Shown piece by piece: positions 23,686 to 24,535 of a DNA stretch of 24,535 nt; within the stretch, counting starts at the first letter, position 1; every line of letters starts with the position of its first letter. The translations under genes were made by a program, and so were the position numbers. The notes under the pieces were generated by a model, which made no database searches, had not been told where the DNA came from, and was given only the letters and a program-made list of their open reading frames with translations. This stretch comes from a bacterium. Its GTDB lineage: Bacteria > Fidelibacterota > Marinisomatia > Marinisomatales > UBA1611. The stretch lies in assembly GCA_038127595.1 (NCBI GenBank), contig JAYPIC010000024.1, positions 1 through 24,535 of the forward strand, written 5' to 3'.

Positions 23686-24535
23686 GTGGATCTAAATCAG
23701 CTTCTAACATACAGCCTTGATAGCGGGGCTTCAGATCTGCACTTGAGTGTTGGATCTATCCCAATGGTGCGAATTAATGGCACAATGAAACCTTTAAACC
23801 TTGATGTCCTCAAACAGAGTGATATGGAAAAAATGCTTCCGGAGGTTATGGATGAAGATCAGCTTCAGATCTTTAAGGAAAAAAAAGAGATTGATTTTTC
23901 TGCTAAACTTGAAGGGAAAGGGCGTTTTAGGGTTAACTTTTTCAACCAAATAAATGGCCTTGCTGGCGTATTTAGAACAATACCAGATACGATAAAAAGT
24001 TGTGATGAGCTTGGAATACCTCCTTTTATGACCGACTTAGCCATGCTCGATAGGGGACTGGTTCTTCTCACTGGTCCTACGGGTTCTGGAAAAAGTACTA
24101 CTCTAGCTGCGATGGTGGATCATATCAATAGAGAGAAAGCTTGTCACATAATAACGATTGAAGATCCTGTAGAATATTATCACCACACCAAAGAAAGTCT
24201 GATCAATCAAAGGGAATTGGGCGCAAGTACACATAGTTTTGCAAATGCGTTAAAATCTGCATTGAGAGAAGATCCAGATGTAATTCTTGTGGGAGAGATG
24301 AGAGACTTGGAAACAATTTCATTAGCACTAACAGCAGCTGAGACAGGTCACTTGGTTCTTTCTACATTACATACTTCTAGCGCTGTAAAAGCAATAGATA
24401 GGATAATCGATATCTACCCATCGGGGCAAAAAGGACAAATTAGATCAATGCTATCAGAATCTCTAGAGGCTGTTATTTCACAAAAGCTATTGCCAACAAA
24501 AGATGGAAAAGGTAGAGTGCCAGCTTGTGAGGTCA
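23686..24535 (+). CDS. pilT: Type IV pilus retraction ATPase PilT (3'-truncated; absent from the ORF track)
   Basis: Manual translation from GTG 23686: MDLNQLLTYSLDSGASDLHLSVG...GRFRVNFF...GPTGSGKSTTLAAM (Walker A)...TIEDPVEY...LREDPDVILVGEMRDLET (Walker B)...AAETGHLVLSTLHT (His box)...QIRSMLSESL. The frame is open to the window end. Confidence 0.93.
   Translation, partial: MDLNQLLTYSLDSGASDLHLSVGSIPMVRINGTMKPLNLDVLKQSDMEKMLPEVMDEDQLQIFKEKKEIDFSAKLEGKGRFRVNFFNQINGLAGVFRTIPDTIKSCDELGIPPFMTDLAMLDRGLVLLTGPTGSGKSTTLAAMVDHINREKACHIITIEDPVEYYHHTKESLINQRELGASTHSFANALKSALREDPDVILVGEMRDLETISLALTAAETGHLVLSTLHTSSAVKAIDRIIDIYPSGQKGQIRSMLSESLEAVISQKLLPTKDGKGRVPACEV

Noticed and set aside
2957..24071. Short alternative-frame or antisense ORFs in the track (2957-3184, 9296-9508, 11788-12015, 12827-13138, 13667-14062, 14064-14279, 14472-14813, 15860-16045, 20367-20555, 21231-21419, 21826-22059, 23865-24071)
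   Set aside because: All lie within or almost wholly overlap well-supported genes and show no recognisable motifs; they are typical shadow ORFs.

Overview
AT-rich, gene-dense bacterial chromosome segment with 19 CDS (two cut by the window edges). I found no rRNA, tRNA, CRISPR array or mobile element. Gene content suggests an FCB-group marine bacterium such as Marinimicrobia/SAR406; this is inference from the FlgD-Ig/T9SS-like C-terminal domains, three-gene transhydrogenase, carboxypeptidase-like N-domain on the TonB receptor and low GC. In order, the window holds a MORN-repeat protein (5'-truncated), a gamma-carbonic-anhydrase-family gene, a TPR-less TMTC-like GT-C glycosyltransferase and a small 4-TM protein with a terminator. 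Next is a candidate iron-uptake unit: a perfect 7-1-7 Fur-like operator, a structured leader of about 150 nt, an FTR1/EfeU permease and a FecA-like TonB-dependent receptor. Three lipoproteins, a PQ-loop-like/TerB fusion, a permuted NlpC/P60 enzyme and pntAa-pntAb-pntB follow. The window ends with three tandem secreted proteins sharing a 'YPNPFN' C-terminal domain (a duplicated beta-helix protein, a small protein and a large M6 metalloprotease), a type IVa pilin and a 3'-truncated pilT that the ORF track misses. The best leads are (1) the Fur-like operator, structured leader/possible sRNA and partner-less FTR1-TBDT locus; (2) a cysteine-free pilin with aromatics at every position linked to the Geobacter 'e-pilin' pattern; (3) the PQ-loop-like/TerB membrane fusion; and (4) the M6 protease with a second EExxH zincin-like domain and RTX-like repeats. 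All domain calls come from motif recognition by eye, not database searches.
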